64,000 bases of DNA from an uncultured delta proteobacterium (GCA_963778655.1 CAVZVA010000002.1:320001-384000); one strand, 5' to 3'. Counted from the first letter of the stretch, positions 37,875-47,629 are shown. Notes: generated by a model from the letters alone, not told the origin. Made by a program: numbers and translations.

Positions 37875-38660
37875 TCAGCTCAGGGGGGCAAGCTCGAGCA
37901 CGATGGGGCTGCCCACCCCCACACCCAGGGCGCGGGCCGCGCTCGCGTCGCGCGCCGCCACCTCCAGCAGGCCGTCCGAGCCGAACAGCGCCAGCAGCTC
38001 GCCCGGCGCGACCTCGGCGTAGTGATCGCGGAGTGCGCCGAACGCGTGCCCGCCGAGCCGCACCCGCGCCGCACGCCCCGGCGGCAGGTGCGCGCGCTCG
38101 AGGTTGGTGATCAGGTTGCCGAAGCGATCCACGTGCACGACCTCGCCGTGGACGGCGTCCGTCCCGGCGCGGGGCGCGGGCCAAGGCAGGCGCACCGGAT
38201 CGGCGAGCGGCTCGCCCAGCGCAGCGAGCGGCTCGCCGCGCGCGAGCATGGCCGCCGCGGGCGCAAACAGATCGCGCGCGTGAAAGGTCGAGGAGAGCGC
38301 GCCGGAGCCCATGCGCTGCGCGTCGATGCGGTGCACGCGCGCGCCCGCGTCGAGCAGCCAGCCGAGCAGACCGTTGTCGGGCGCGATCAGGCGCTGCCCC
38401 CCGGCTTCGGCCGCGATCGCCCGCCGGCCGCTGCCCACCCCCGGGTCCACCACCGCCAGGTGGATGGTGCCCGCTGCAAAACGCGGCACCGCGGCACGCA
38501 AGAACAGCGCGCCTTCGCGCACGCCCTGGGGCGCGATCTCGTGGCTCAGATCGACGAGGCGCAAGCCCTCGGGCCCGAGCCGCAGCAGCACGCCCTTGAC
38601 CTGGGCGACGTAGCTGTCGCGCGTGCCGAAGTCGGTGGTGAGGGTGATTGTGGGCGGCAT
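37875..38660 (-). CDS. SAM hydroxide adenosyltransferase (DUF62; SAM-dependent chlorinase/fluorinase superfamily)
   Basis: 'TLTTDFG', 'VVDPGVGSGRR', 'APDNGLL', 'STFHARDLFAP', 'VDRFGNLITN'. Confidence 0.92.
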   Translation of the reverse strand: MPPTITLTTDFGTRDSYVAQVKGVLLRLGPEGLRLVDLSHEIAPQGVREGALFLRAAVPRFAAGTIHLAVVDPGVGSGRRAIAAEAGGQRLIAPDNGLLGWLLDAGARVHRIDAQRMGSGALSSTFHARDLFAPAAAMLARGEPLAALGEPLADPVRLPWPAPRAGTDAVHGEVVHVDRFGNLITNLERAHLPPGRAARVRLGGHAFGALRDHYAEVAPGELLALFGSDGLLEVAARDASAARALGVGVGSPIVLELAPLS

Positions 38661-38682
38661 GGGTTCCGAGCGAAGAGATTCT

Positions 38683-40389
38683 CTATCGGCGAGGCGGCGC
38701 CTCTTGCAACAGTGCGCGCTCGGCGGCGGCCGCGGCGCGCACGTCACGGGGCTCGTCCGGCAGCACATCCAAGCGATCGAGCAGCGCGCGTGCCTGGGCA
38801 GCGCGCCCCAGCTTGCGCAGCACCCGCGCCTGGCTCAGCAGGAACACCGGCTGCTTCGGCTGGCGCGCCACGGCCCGCGCGTAGTGCTCGGCCGCGGCCT
38901 CGTCTCGCTGCAGTGCCTCCTCCACTGCGCCGAGATTGAAGTAGTGCACCGACGAGGGCCGGCTCGGCTGCGGCCCGCGCGGCCACAGCGCCTGCACAAA
39001 CAGCAGCGCACCTAGCGCGCAGGCGCCCGAGCCGGCGCGAAAGTAGAGCGGCCTGCGCGCGAGCAAGCCCAGCAGCGCGAGCAGCGCCGGGCCGGCGGCG
39101 AAGCACAGTGGCAACAGCGCCGGCACGCGGTTCTGCGACGAGCTGAAGACCACCACGTTGGCCGCCAGCACCGCCGCCAGCTGGCCCACGAGCAGCAGAC
39201 ACAACGCGCGCATCCGGGTGCGCTCGGCCGGCACGCGGCGGCCGCGCTCGCGCAGCGCGAGCAGGCCGATCGCGCCCAGGCCGAGCGCCACTCCGAACGG
39301 CAGCCCGAGCTCGTGCGCGCCTCCTACCAGCTCGGCCTCGCCGCGCAGATCGTAATCGCGAACGAAGCGGTGATCGCCCAGCGTCAGCCACAGCTTCTTG
39401 GCCTCGAGGCCGAGCCAGACGAGCGGCTGCTCGCGGATGAAGCGCAGCGCGCGCGCGCCGAGCACGGCGCCGATCGCGTGGTCCAGATCGCCCTCGTCGG
39501 CGGTCTTCACCCCGAGCCGCCGGGCCAGCTCGACGCGCTCGCGACCGACCTGACCGCTGAGCAACCCGCCGGCGGTGTTCCAGCGCCCATTGGCGTGCGG
39601 GTTGTTGCCGATGAAGAACGGGATCGCGCCGCCGTGGCTGGGAAACACGTCGGGATGTCCGATCACGAGCTGGTTGCGCAGCGCCATCGGCGCGAGCGCC
39701 AGCAGCACCCCGAGCCCGAGCAGCGCGAGGCCGCCGGCCAGCGCTCGACCGCGCTCGCGCAGCGGCAGCGCCAGCGCCGCCGCCGTGAACGGCAGCGCGA
39801 CCGCGAGGTTGGGCCGGCCGAGCACGGCGAGCCCGGCGCCGAAGCCGGCCCACAGCAGCGCGGGCTTGCGCGGATCACGCAGCGCCCGGCAGGCCAGAAA
39901 CAAGGCCAGCGCGTTGCACGCCACCCCGAGCGCGACCGAGAGGTACTTGTTCTCGAAAAACGCCAGCTCCGGACACGCCAGAAGGCAGGCGGTGGAAAGC
40001 CCGCCAGCCAGCACGCCGAGCTGGTCGCGCGCGACGCGGTGGAACAGCAGCAGCGCGCCGGCGGCAAGCACCAGCTGCAGCAGCAGGCCGAGCACCGGTG
40101 CCCCGGCCAGGGAAAGCGGCAACGCCAGCATGTAGGCATACAGGCCCTGCAGATAGAACGGCTGCGTGCCGAGCGGCGGGTGCGCGAGAATGTCGCGCGC
40201 GGCGTCCTCGTAGAGCTGGCCGTCCGAGAACGTCGCCAGCGCGAACGGGTCGTGGACGAGGTAGGACAGGTGGTAAGCCAGACGCTTGGCCACCAGCAGC
40301 GCGAGCAAGATGTGCAGCGCGAGCAGCACGCGGCGATCCGGCGCGGACGCGGGCGCGCTCGGCGTCACGCTCTCGCGCGCGGAGCTCAC
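38683..40389 (-). CDS. GT-C (GT39/ArnT-like) membrane glycosyltransferase with C-terminal TPR
   Basis: Multi-TM, 'SDGQLYEDAARDI', 'RPN', 'FFIGNNPHANG', and a TPR-like 'HYFNLGAV...A...YARAV' tail. Confidence 0.8.
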   Translation of the reverse strand: MSSARESVTPSAPASAPDRRVLLALHILLALLVAKRLAYHLSYLVHDPFALATFSDGQLYEDAARDILAHPPLGTQPFYLQGLYAYMLALPLSLAGAPVLGLLLQLVLAAGALLLFHRVARDQLGVLAGGLSTACLLACPELAFFENKYLSVALGVACNALALFLACRALRDPRKPALLWAGFGAGLAVLGRPNLAVALPFTAAALALPLRERGRALAGGLALLGLGVLLALAPMALRNQLVIGHPDVFPSHGGAIPFFIGNNPHANGRWNTAGGLLSGQVGRERVELARRLGVKTADEGDLDHAIGAVLGARALRFIREQPLVWLGLEAKKLWLTLGDHRFVRDYDLRGEAELVGGAHELGLPFGVALGLGAIGLLALRERGRRVPAERTRMRALCLLLVGQLAAVLAANVVVFSSSQNRVPALLPLCFAAGPALLALLGLLARRPLYFRAGSGACALGALLFVQALWPRGPQPSRPSSVHYFNLGAVEEALQRDEAAAEHYARAVARQPKQPVFLLSQARVLRKLGRAAQARALLDRLDVLPDEPRDVRAAAAAERALLQEAPPRR

Positions 40390-40393
40390 GCGC

Positions 40394-40999
40394 TCAGCTC
40401 GTCGGCGGGGTCTGCTGGCGGAACAGCTCGACGCGCTCGATCAGCTGATCTTCGAGCGGGCAATCTCGCTGGTTGCGCTTGACGCCGGCCAGACGCTTGA
40501 CCACGTCATGACCGACCACCACGCGGCCGAACACCGTGTGCTTGCCGTCCAGGTGCGGGGTGGCTCCCTCGGTGATGAAGAACTGCGAGCCGTTAGTGCC
40601 GGGCCCGGCGTTCGCCATCGACAGCACGCCCGCGCTGTCGTGGCGCAGCTCGCGCACGATCTCGTCGCCGAAGCGATAGCCGGGGCCGCCCGTGCCCCAG
40701 CGCCCGCGCGCCGCGGAGTCGACGTGGCGGCTGAACGGATCGCCGACCTGGACCATGAAGCCGGGGATCACCCGGTGAAAGCGCACGCCGTCGTAGAGCG
40801 GCGTGCCGCGCATGCTCTCGCCGGTTTTGGGATCCTTCCAGTCGATCGCGCCGGTGGCGAGGCCGACGAAGCTGGCAACCGTCTTGGGCGCGAGCTGCTC
40901 CTCGAGCCGCACCACGATGGCGCCTTGGGTGGTGTGCAGCCGTGCGTAGAGCTGCCCGCTGCCGGCCACATCGATCGGTGGAAACACGGGATCGGCCAT
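40394..40999 (-). CDS. Cyclophilin-type peptidyl-prolyl cis-trans isomerase
   Basis: 'FHRVIPGFMVQ.GDP', 'LSMANAGPGTNGSQFFIT', 'HLDGKHTVFG'. AGGAGG RBS. Confidence 0.96.
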   Translation of the reverse strand: MADPVFPPIDVAGSGQLYARLHTTQGAIVVRLEEQLAPKTVASFVGLATGAIDWKDPKTGESMRGTPLYDGVRFHRVIPGFMVQVGDPFSRHVDSAARGRWGTGGPGYRFGDEIVRELRHDSAGVLSMANAGPGTNGSQFFITEGATPHLDGKHTVFGRVVVGHDVVKRLAGVKRNQRDCPLEDQLIERVELFRQQTPPTS

Positions 41000-41170
41000 G
41001 AGGCCTCCTTGGGGGGTGACGCCGGTCTCCGGGCGCGCCCGTGCGCCTCGTGTCGAGGCCTCGCCGACCGGCTGGGGTGGTGGGCCTGAATCTTGACGGA
41101 TGCGCCGAGCTTTGAAAAGCGCGAAGCGCCGGCGTGGCGCTTCACCCCGTTCGCGGGAACAGGACGAAGA

Positions 41171-41261
41171 TTCACAGGAAGGCGGCAAGGCGGGAAGGCG
41201 GGAAGGCGGCAAGCTAGACGTCACGATCCTCTTGCCGTCTTCCCGCCTTCCTGTTGCATCC
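41171..41261 (-). repeat. REP-like palindromic repeat, copy A
   Basis: TTCACAGGAAGGCGG...CTTCCCGCCTTCCTGTTGCATCC, reversed relative to copies B-E. Confidence 0.65.
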
Positions 41262-41272
41262 TCGAGACGCTG

Positions 41273-41956
41273 TCAGTCGCGATCGGCGGACTGCGCGCGC
41301 GCCAGCTGGCGGCGCGCCGCGGCGGCGAGCGACCAAGGGCCTTCGGCGGCGCGCGGGAACGCAGGACCGCCGGGCCAGGCGCGCGCCAGCAGCGCGCGTT
41401 GCACGCGAGCCTGCGCGGCGGTGCTGGGATCGAGCGCGGGCAACGCGGGCACAAGGCACGGCAGCGCGGCGGCCGCGGCGATCCACATCCAAAGCGCCCC
41501 CTGGTCCATGGCCGCGTCGCGCTCGCGTGGTGAGCTTGGGCCCGCGCCCAGCCAGGCGCGGGCGCGCTGCTGCAGCGGCGGCAGCTGCTCGCGCAGCAGC
41601 CAGTCGCGGCGCTGGCCGGGCTCAAGCAGGGCGTGCACGAGCAGCTGGAGCAGCGCGGCGTGGCGGCCGAAGGCGGCGAGCACCGCATCGGCCGCGACCG
41701 TTGCCGGCAACGCGACTCCCGGCGCGGCGCCCGGAAGCTCTGCACCCAGCGCGGCGAGCCCGGCCCGAACGACCTCGCGCCAGAGCCCCTCTTTGCCGCC
41801 GAAGTGGTGGCGAATCAGTCCCTGATTGGTCCCGGCCCGACGCGCGATCGCGTGCGTGCTCGCGCCGCCGAACCCCTGTTCGGCAAACGAGGCGCGCGCG
41901 GCCTCGAGCAGCCGTTGCCGGCTGCCCTCTCCGGCGGGTCTGAGGCGCTTGGCGAT
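41273..41956 (-). CDS. TetR/AcrR family transcriptional regulator (no canonical start codon upstream of the HTH)
   Basis: In frame upstream of the listed ORF is 'SRQRLLEAARASFAEQGFGGASTHAIARRAGTNQGLIRHHFGGKEGLWREV'. In-frame TAA at 41966-41968; ATC at 41956. Confidence 0.85.
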   Translation of the reverse strand: MAKRLRPAGEGSRQRLLEAARASFAEQGFGGASTHAIARRAGTNQGLIRHHFGGKEGLWREVVRAGLAALGAELPGAAPGVALPATVAADAVLAAFGRHAALLQLLVHALLEPGQRRDWLLREQLPPLQQRARAWLGAGPSSPRERDAAMDQGALWMWIAAAAALPCLVPALPALDPSTAAQARVQRALLARAWPGGPAFPRAAEGPWSLAAAARRQLARAQSADRD

Positions 41957-41965
41957 GCCCCAGAA

Positions 41966-41991
41966 TTATTCGATTGAATAAGCTAAGTCAA
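41966..41991 (-). promoter_or_regulatory. Putative TetR operator (TTATTC-N4-GAATAA) overlapping a sigma70-like promoter
   Basis: Perfect 6-bp inverted repeat at 41966-41981 in an AT-rich patch. TTGACT at 41991-41986 on the minus strand. Confidence 0.5.
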
Positions 41992-42156
41992 GATCTAGTG
42001 CTTCGCTCGAATAAGCCAGGCGCCCAGCTAATAGCTCTGTCGCCTGACCGACACCGCTAGGGAGGTGGATCAGCTTGAGACAATTGTGGATTTTGGCCTG
42101 GGCCAGACCTCAGCGGGGCCCCGATTCGAGGATCCGATGAGGCGCCATGGAGCGCC

Positions 42157-42390
42157 TCAACCCGCGTCTTCGCCGGGAGGAACGCCCGCGTCGGACGTAG
42201 CACCCGCGTCCGGGGACGGGGGATTGGCAAAGGCCGGCAACCTGGGCGTGCCGCAGCCGGCGCAGCAGACGACTACCAACACCGCAGCCCAGCCAGCGCC
42301 CCCGAACAGGGGCGCGAACAGATGAAGGGAAGAGCACGCTGCGAGCCTAGAGCACCGAACATATTGAAACGCGTGCGAAGTCGGGGTCAT
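42157..42390 (-). CDS. Possible small lipoprotein-like ORF whose start lies inside the MITE
   Basis: Hydrophobic stretch, CAGC lipobox and D-A-G tail ('PDAGATSDAGVPPGEDAG'). The first ~15 codons are MITE-derived. Confidence 0.35.
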   Translation of the reverse strand: MTPTSHAFQYVRCSRLAACSSLHLFAPLFGGAGWAAVLVVVCCAGCGTPRLPAFANPPSPDAGATSDAGVPPGEDAG

Positions 42391-42517
42391 GGCGGGATGC
42401 AGGGTGCGGGCGGGAGCCCGAAGGCGTAGTCCATCCTACGTCGAGCGGGAAGCGCGCGTGCCATGCGCCCGCGAGGGCCCCGAAATCGTGCGTGTTTCAA
42501 CATGTTCGGTGCTCTAG
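42347..42517 (-). mobile_element. MITE-like non-autonomous element, copy 2 (171 bp)
   Basis: Perfect 16-bp TIR CTAGAGCACCGAACAT/ATGTTCGGTGCTCTAG, extending imperfectly to ~40 bp. Inverted copy of 1367-1538. Confidence 0.82.
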
Positions 42518-42594
42518 CACTCGTGGCTCGCCCGGGCGGGGAGGCGACGACGACTACGAGCACGGGGACGGGGCGTGCGACTCCTGGGCTCGGG

Positions 42595-43857
42595 GTGGGG
42601 CACACTCGGCGGGTGCGGTGGCGTGGGATCGGGTTCTTGGTTTCGGCCCTGCTCTGCGCGGGGGGGCTCGGGCTGGGGGCGCTGCGCGTGGTGGAGCTGC
42701 AGCGCGCAGAGCTGGCGTACGAAGGCGATTGGCGATCGCTGGACCAGCTGGCGCGCGCACCGGGGGCCACCTTGGTCAGCGCGCGGCTGGCCATGGTCGA
42801 GCTGCGCGCCGGCCAGCAGGCGTTGTTCGAGCTGTGCTCGCAGGACCGCCTGCTCGAGACGCGCTGGCGCGATGCCTTCGTGCTCGCCGTGCTCGCGCAA
42901 CCGCAGCCGCGCCTCATGCTGCGGGTGCCGCTCGATCACGCCCACCTCGAGGCGGCGCGGCGCAGCGCCGACGGCGCCTGCTTGCCACTGGGCGGCGGCC
43001 GCATCCAACGCTCGGGCGACTACAGCGTGGAGGCGGTCTGGCCCCAGCACCCGCCGCCGGCCTCGCTGCGTCAGGTACCGCTGCGCGCACGGGTGCTGGC
43101 GCGCGTGCCGCTCGGCCTCGTCGACCGCGGTTGCGTGATTGCGCTCGGGCTCGGGGTCACGCTCGGCCTGGGCCTGCTGCTCGGCGGCGGGCGCGGCGCG
43201 GCCCTGCAGGCCGCCCAGCCGGTGGCGCTGCGCGCGCTACCCGCGGCGCTCGGCGCGGTGCTCGGGCTTCTGGCCCTGACCGCGGCGGCCGAAGTGCCTT
43301 CACGCGGGGCCAGCCAGACGCTGCTCAAAGGCTTGATCCTGGTGGCGCTGCAGGCCGGCGTCGCATGGTCGCTGGCGCGCCGGCTGTGGCCCGGCAAGGT
43401 CGCCGAGCAGCTGGCCCTGCCACCGCCGCCGCGACCGCTGCGCTGGAGCGCCGCCGCGGCGCTCGGCGCCGCCGCCCTGTTCGCGGGCGCGCGGCTCTCG
43501 CTGCGTCTGATCCCCGCCACTGGCGAGGCCCCGATCCAGAGCTTCGTCAGCTGGCCGAGCGGCATGCTGTGCTTCGCGGCACTTGGCACCCTGTTGCCGC
43601 TCGGCGAAGAGCTGTTCTTCCGCGGCTACGTGTACCGCGTGGCATTACGCCTCGGCCCGCGCGCGGCGTTCTCGATCGCGTGGCTGGCGTTCGTGGCGTT
43701 GCACGCGCCCCAGAGCTGGGGAAACTGGGGAGGGCTGTTTGCCGTGGGCCTGGCCGGCGTGGTGCTGACCCTGCTACGCGCGCGCAGCGGCTCGACGCTC
43801 ACGCCGGCGATCGCGCACGTGCTCTACAATTTCGCCCTGTCGATGGCATCGTTCTGA
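42595..43857 (+). CDS. CPBP (CAAX/Abi) intramembrane metalloprotease with N-terminal extracytoplasmic domain
   Basis: 'EELFFRG', 'FVALH', 'AIAHVLYN'. Start uncertain; alternative ATGs at 42463 and 42502 lie in the MITE. Confidence 0.85.
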   Translation: MGHTRRVRWRGIGFLVSALLCAGGLGLGALRVVELQRAELAYEGDWRSLDQLARAPGATLVSARLAMVELRAGQQALFELCSQDRLLETRWRDAFVLAVLAQPQPRLMLRVPLDHAHLEAARRSADGACLPLGGGRIQRSGDYSVEAVWPQHPPPASLRQVPLRARVLARVPLGLVDRGCVIALGLGVTLGLGLLLGGGRGAALQAAQPVALRALPAALGAVLGLLALTAAAEVPSRGASQTLLKGLILVALQAGVAWSLARRLWPGKVAEQLALPPPPRPLRWSAAAALGAAALFAGARLSLRLIPATGEAPIQSFVSWPSGMLCFAALGTLLPLGEELFFRGYVYRVALRLGPRAAFSIAWLAFVALHAPQSWGNWGGLFAVGLAGVVLTLLRARSGSTLTPAIAHVLYNFALSMASF

Positions 43858-43872
43858 TAGATTTCGCGGCCT

Positions 43873-44316
43873 ATGGCATCGCTGCAAGAGCTTCTGGGCG
43901 CCGGCGACAAGCGCGCCGCGTTGGTCGACGACGCGCTGCGCGTGTTGGACGCCGAGGTCGAGGACAAGTCGGGCCTGAGCGGGATCGCGGTCAAGACCGC
44001 GTTCAAGCTGGTCAAGGGCATCAGCCCCGGTTTCCTGCGCGAGGTCGTCGACCACCTGCTCGACGACTTCCTCTCCGCGCTCGATCCCATCTATCAGGAA
44101 GCGCTCTCCCGCGGCGTGCCCCCGCGCCAGCAGCTGCTGCAGAATCCGGCGCGCGTGGCGGACGCCCTGCTCGGCATCACTGACGCACGTGCGCAGCGCG
44201 CCAAGAACCAACTGGTGAAGGCGACCTACGAGAAGCTGCGCGGCCAGGCCAAGAAGCACGTGGAGGCCGCCGTGCCCCGCCTGGGCGAGCTGTTCGAGCG
44301 CCACGCCAAGGCGTAG
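43873..44316 (+). CDS. Conserved hypothetical protein (DUF6918-like)
   Basis: 'LDAEVEDKSGLSGIAVKTAFKLVK...LLGITDARA...YEKLR..AKKHVEAAVP'. Confidence 0.75.
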   Translation: MASLQELLGAGDKRAALVDDALRVLDAEVEDKSGLSGIAVKTAFKLVKGISPGFLREVVDHLLDDFLSALDPIYQEALSRGVPPRQQLLQNPARVADALLGITDARAQRAKNQLVKATYEKLRGQAKKHVEAAVPRLGELFERHAKA

Positions 44317-44333
44317 CGGTCGCATGACATGCG

Positions 44334-44417
44334 GGATGCAACAGGGAGACGCGAAGCCGGCAAGCCGGCATGACGATGCCCTCGAGATCTTCCCGCCTCC
44401 CCTTCTTGCTGCTGTGA
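44334..44417 (+). repeat. REP-like palindromic repeat, copy B
   Basis: GGATGCAACAGGGAG...CTTCCCGCCTCC...CTGTGA, intergenic. Confidence 0.55.
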
Positions 44418-44460
44418 TCCTCGAATTCGCGCGCGCCCGGGGCGGCCGCCCGAGGCCGGC

Positions 44461-47058
44461 ATGACTCTCCCGGTGGCGAAGGTCACGCCCTTCCGGCTGC
44501 CCGCCCACGTGCGGCCGCTGCGCTACGAGCTCTCGCTCGAGCTCGACCCCACGCGCTCGAGGCGCTATCGCGGCCGCGTGCGTGTCGCGCTGCGGCTCTC
44601 GCGCGCGACGCGCGTGATCGAGCTGCACGCGGTCGACCTCGCGCTGCGCGGCGCGCGCGTGGAGCAAGCTGGTGCCCTCGTGCGTGCGCGCATCGAGCCC
44701 GTGCCCGAGCACGAGAGCGTGCGCGTGCTGCCGGCGCGGCCGCTGCGCGCGGGCGAGGCGGTGCTCGAGCTGCGCTTCTCGGGGCGCTTGCGAGACGACC
44801 TGCGCGGGTTGTACCTGGCGCGCAGCGGCAAGCGCCGCTATGCCTTCACCCAGCTCGAGGCGGCCGATGCGCGGCGCTTCTTTCCCTGCTTCGACGAGCC
44901 GGCCTTCAAGGCGCAGCTCGAGCTCGAGGTCACCACCGCCGCGCGCCTCGCCGTCGTGTCCAACTCGAAACCGCTCGAGCAGACGCCCGCCGGCCGCGGG
45001 CGCAAGCGCGTGCGTTTCGCGCCCACTCCGCTGCTCTCCACCTATCTGCTGGCACTGGCCGTGGGCGAGCTTCAGGCTTCGGCCCCGCTGCGCGCCGGCC
45101 GCACCGAGATTCGCGTGGTGCACGCGCCGGGCGGGCGCCGGCTCACCGCGTTCGCGCTGCGCGCTGCGCGCGAATGCCTGTTGCGCCTGGAGCGCTACTT
45201 CGGCGTGCCCTACCCCTACGCCAAGCTCGATCTGGTCGCCGTGCCCGACTTCGACATGGGCGCGATGGAGAACGCAGGCGCGGTCTTCTTCCGCGAGACC
45301 CTGCTGTTGATCGACGAGCGCAGCGCCACACTGCCGGAGAAGAAGCGCGCGATCGAGGTGATCTGCCACGAGCTGGCGCACATGTGGTACGGCAACCTCG
45401 TCACCATGGCGTGGTGGGACGACCTCTGGCTCAACGAGGCGTTCGCCACCTGGATGGCGTTCAACATCGTCGACGCATGGCAGCCCGAGCTGCGGATGTG
45501 GAACGACTTCGGACACGCGCGCAGCTCCGCGCTCGAGCTCGACGCGCTCGACAGCACGCATCCGATCTACGCCCGCGTGCGCACCGCGGCCGAGGCCACG
45601 CAGGCCTTCGACCTGATCACCTACGAGAAGGGCGCGGCGGTAATCCGCATGCTCGAGCGCTACCTGGGGCCACAGCGCTTCCGGCGCGGCGTGCGCGACT
45701 ACATAAGGGCCCACCGCGAGGGCAACGCGACGGCGGCCGACCTGTGGCGCGCGCTCGAGCGCCACGCCGGCCACGCGGTCGAGCAGGTGGTGCGTCCCTG
45801 GGTCGAGCGCCCGGGCTTTCCGCTGCTGCGGGTGAAGGCCGCGCGCCGCGACGGCGGACGCGGGCTGGGGCTCGCGCAGGAGCGTTTCAGCGCGCGCGGG
45901 CCGGGCGCGCGGCGCGCGGACGGGCCCTGGCCGCTGCCAGTGGTGGTCAAGCTCGGCGTCGGCGGCCGCGAGCGCACGTTACGCCAGCTGATGACGGGCG
46001 CGCGCGCGCAGCTGCCGCTGCCGCGCGGCGCGGGCTTCGTCTACGCCAACGCCGACGAGGGCGGCTTCTACCGCCCGCTGCACGACCCCGCGTTGCAGCG
46101 CGAGCTGCTGGCTGCGCTGCCGCGGCTCAGCGCGAGCGAGCGGCTCGGCCTGGTCACACACGGCTGGGCGTTGCTGCACGCGGGCTACGGCCCGCTGCAG
46201 GACGTGCTCGAGCTATGCGCGGCCCTGCGCGACGAGCCCGACCCGGACGTGTTGGCGGCGTTGCAGGGGCCGCTATGGCAGCTGCTCGACCGCGTCGCGC
46301 CGGGCGCGGGCCGCGACGCGCAGGCACGGCTGCGGCGGTTCATCGCAGCAACCTTCGGGCCGGCCTTCGCGCGCGCCGGCTTCCGCGCGCGCAAGGGCGA
46401 GCCCGAGCACGCGCGCCTGCGCCGCGCCGAGCTGCTGGGCTTGAGCGGGCTGCTGGGCGAGGACCCAGGGGTGGTCGCCGAAGCCGAGGGCGTGCTCGCG
46501 CGCTACCTGCACGCGCCCGGCTCGGTGGAGGCGAATCTGGTCGGGCCGCTGGTGGTGATCGGCGCGCGCCGCAACGGGCGCGAGCTGTTTGCGCGCTATC
46601 TGCGAGGCTCGCTGCAGGCCAAGACGCCGCAGGAGCGGCGCCGCTACCGGATGGCGCTCGGCGAGCTGCGCGATCCCGAGCTGATCGAGCGCGCGCTCTT
46701 GCTGTGCCTCGGCCCCAAGATCCCCACCCAGGACGTCGCGCTGCTGCTCGCGCGCCTGCTTCAGAACCCGTTCGCGCGCGACGCGACCTGGCGCTTCGTC
46801 AAACGCCGCTGGCCCGAGGTGCGGCGGCGCTTGCCGGAGATGCTGCTGAGCCGCCTGATCGCGGCGACGCCAGCGCTGCAAGGCGACGCGCGCCGGCGCG
46901 AGGTCGCCGCGTTCTTCGGCCGCCGGCGGCTGGAGACGGCACAGCGCGCGCTCAAACAGGCCGACGAGCACTTCAAGCTCGATGTCGCGCTGCGCGCACG
47001 CGCGGCGCCCGAGCTGCAGCGCTGGCTGCACGCGCACCCGCCGCCTGCGCAGGGCTGA
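44461..47058 (+). CDS. pepN: M1 family aminopeptidase (puromycin-sensitive/ERAP1-like C-terminal domain)
   Basis: 'ARRFFPCFDEP', GAMEN, 'HELAH...WWDDLWLNEAFA', 'YEKGA'. Confidence 0.93.
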   Translation: MTLPVAKVTPFRLPAHVRPLRYELSLELDPTRSRRYRGRVRVALRLSRATRVIELHAVDLALRGARVEQAGALVRARIEPVPEHESVRVLPARPLRAGEAVLELRFSGRLRDDLRGLYLARSGKRRYAFTQLEAADARRFFPCFDEPAFKAQLELEVTTAARLAVVSNSKPLEQTPAGRGRKRVRFAPTPLLSTYLLALAVGELQASAPLRAGRTEIRVVHAPGGRRLTAFALRAARECLLRLERYFGVPYPYAKLDLVAVPDFDMGAMENAGAVFFRETLLLIDERSATLPEKKRAIEVICHELAHMWYGNLVTMAWWDDLWLNEAFATWMAFNIVDAWQPELRMWNDFGHARSSALELDALDSTHPIYARVRTAAEATQAFDLITYEKGAAVIRMLERYLGPQRFRRGVRDYIRAHREGNATAADLWRALERHAGHAVEQVVRPWVERPGFPLLRVKAARRDGGRGLGLAQERFSARGPGARRADGPWPLPVVVKLGVGGRERTLRQLMTGARAQLPLPRGAGFVYANADEGGFYRPLHDPALQRELLAALPRLSASERLGLVTHGWALLHAGYGPLQDVLELCAALRDEPDPDVLAALQGPLWQLLDRVAPGAGRDAQARLRRFIAATFGPAFARAGFRARKGEPEHARLRRAELLGLSGLLGEDPGVVAEAEGVLARYLHAPGSVEANLVGPLVVIGARRNGRELFARYLRGSLQAKTPQERRRYRMALGELRDPELIERALLLCLGPKIPTQDVALLLARLLQNPFARDATWRFVKRRWPEVRRRLPEMLLSRLIAATPALQGDARRREVAAFFGRRRLETAQRALKQADEHFKLDVALRARAAPELQRWLHAHPPPAQG

Positions 47059-47080
47059 TCGGGTGCACGCAGCCCAGGCC

Positions 47081-47161
47081 ATGAAACAGGAAGGGGGGAA
47101 GACGGAAAGAGGCGGTTGCCCGTGGCCCGGACCCCTCGGACCTCTTCCCGTCTTGCCGTGA
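47081..47161 (+). repeat. REP-like palindromic repeat, copy C
   Basis: ATGAAACAGGAAGGGGGGAAGACGG...CTTCCCGTCTTGCCGTGA, 3' of the aminopeptidase. Confidence 0.55.
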
Positions 47162-47249
47162 CTGCCGCGTCCGAGCTCGCGTGTGAGCTGGGTCATTGCT
47201 CCGCGCGGACGGGGGGCGGCATGCTGGCGACGAGGCGATCCTCGATTCC

Positions 47250-47603
47250 ATGTTTCTGTCGCGTCACAGCCACGCGGCCGAGCCCTTGCAGGAGCTCGAT
47301 CGCTTCTTTCCCGCGCCCCGGGATGGCCGGCCCTCAAGCGTGGACGCGCAATGCCGGGCGACCGAGCGCCTGATCCACGCCTGCGCCGCGGTGGACCGTC
47401 ACAGCACCACGCTCGACAACCTCGAGCGCTTCGTGCGCGGGAGCCGTGACCCGGCGCGCACGCGCCGGCGGATCACGCTGGCACTGGCGCTCGAGCTGCC
47501 CAGCGCGGACCTGGTCTACGGCCGGGTCGGCAGCGCGGAGCTGGCCATGTTCCGGAGCCTGGCGCGGCGCAAACCGGCCGCCGTGGTATGGGTGTTTTCG
47601 TGA
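47250..47603 (+). CDS. Small hypothetical protein
   Basis: High-GC3 ORF filling the gap before the Crp gene; no recognisable motif. Confidence 0.45.
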   Translation: MFLSRHSHAAEPLQELDRFFPAPRDGRPSSVDAQCRATERLIHACAAVDRHSTTLDNLERFVRGSRDPARTRRRITLALALELPSADLVYGRVGSAELAMFRSLARRKPAAVVWVFS

Positions 47604-47629
47604 GCCTGGCTGCGCTAAGCTCTCGGCCC

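Noticed and set aside
37875..38660. Fluorinase/chlorinase (halogenation pathway)
   Set aside because: Retains the Asp (VVDPG), Arg and His (TFH) residues typical of DUF62 SAM hydrolases, and has no secondary-metabolite context.
42040..42140. Possible tRNA or ncRNA in the gap next to TetR
   Set aside because: Could not build a cloverleaf with convincing acceptor and T stems.
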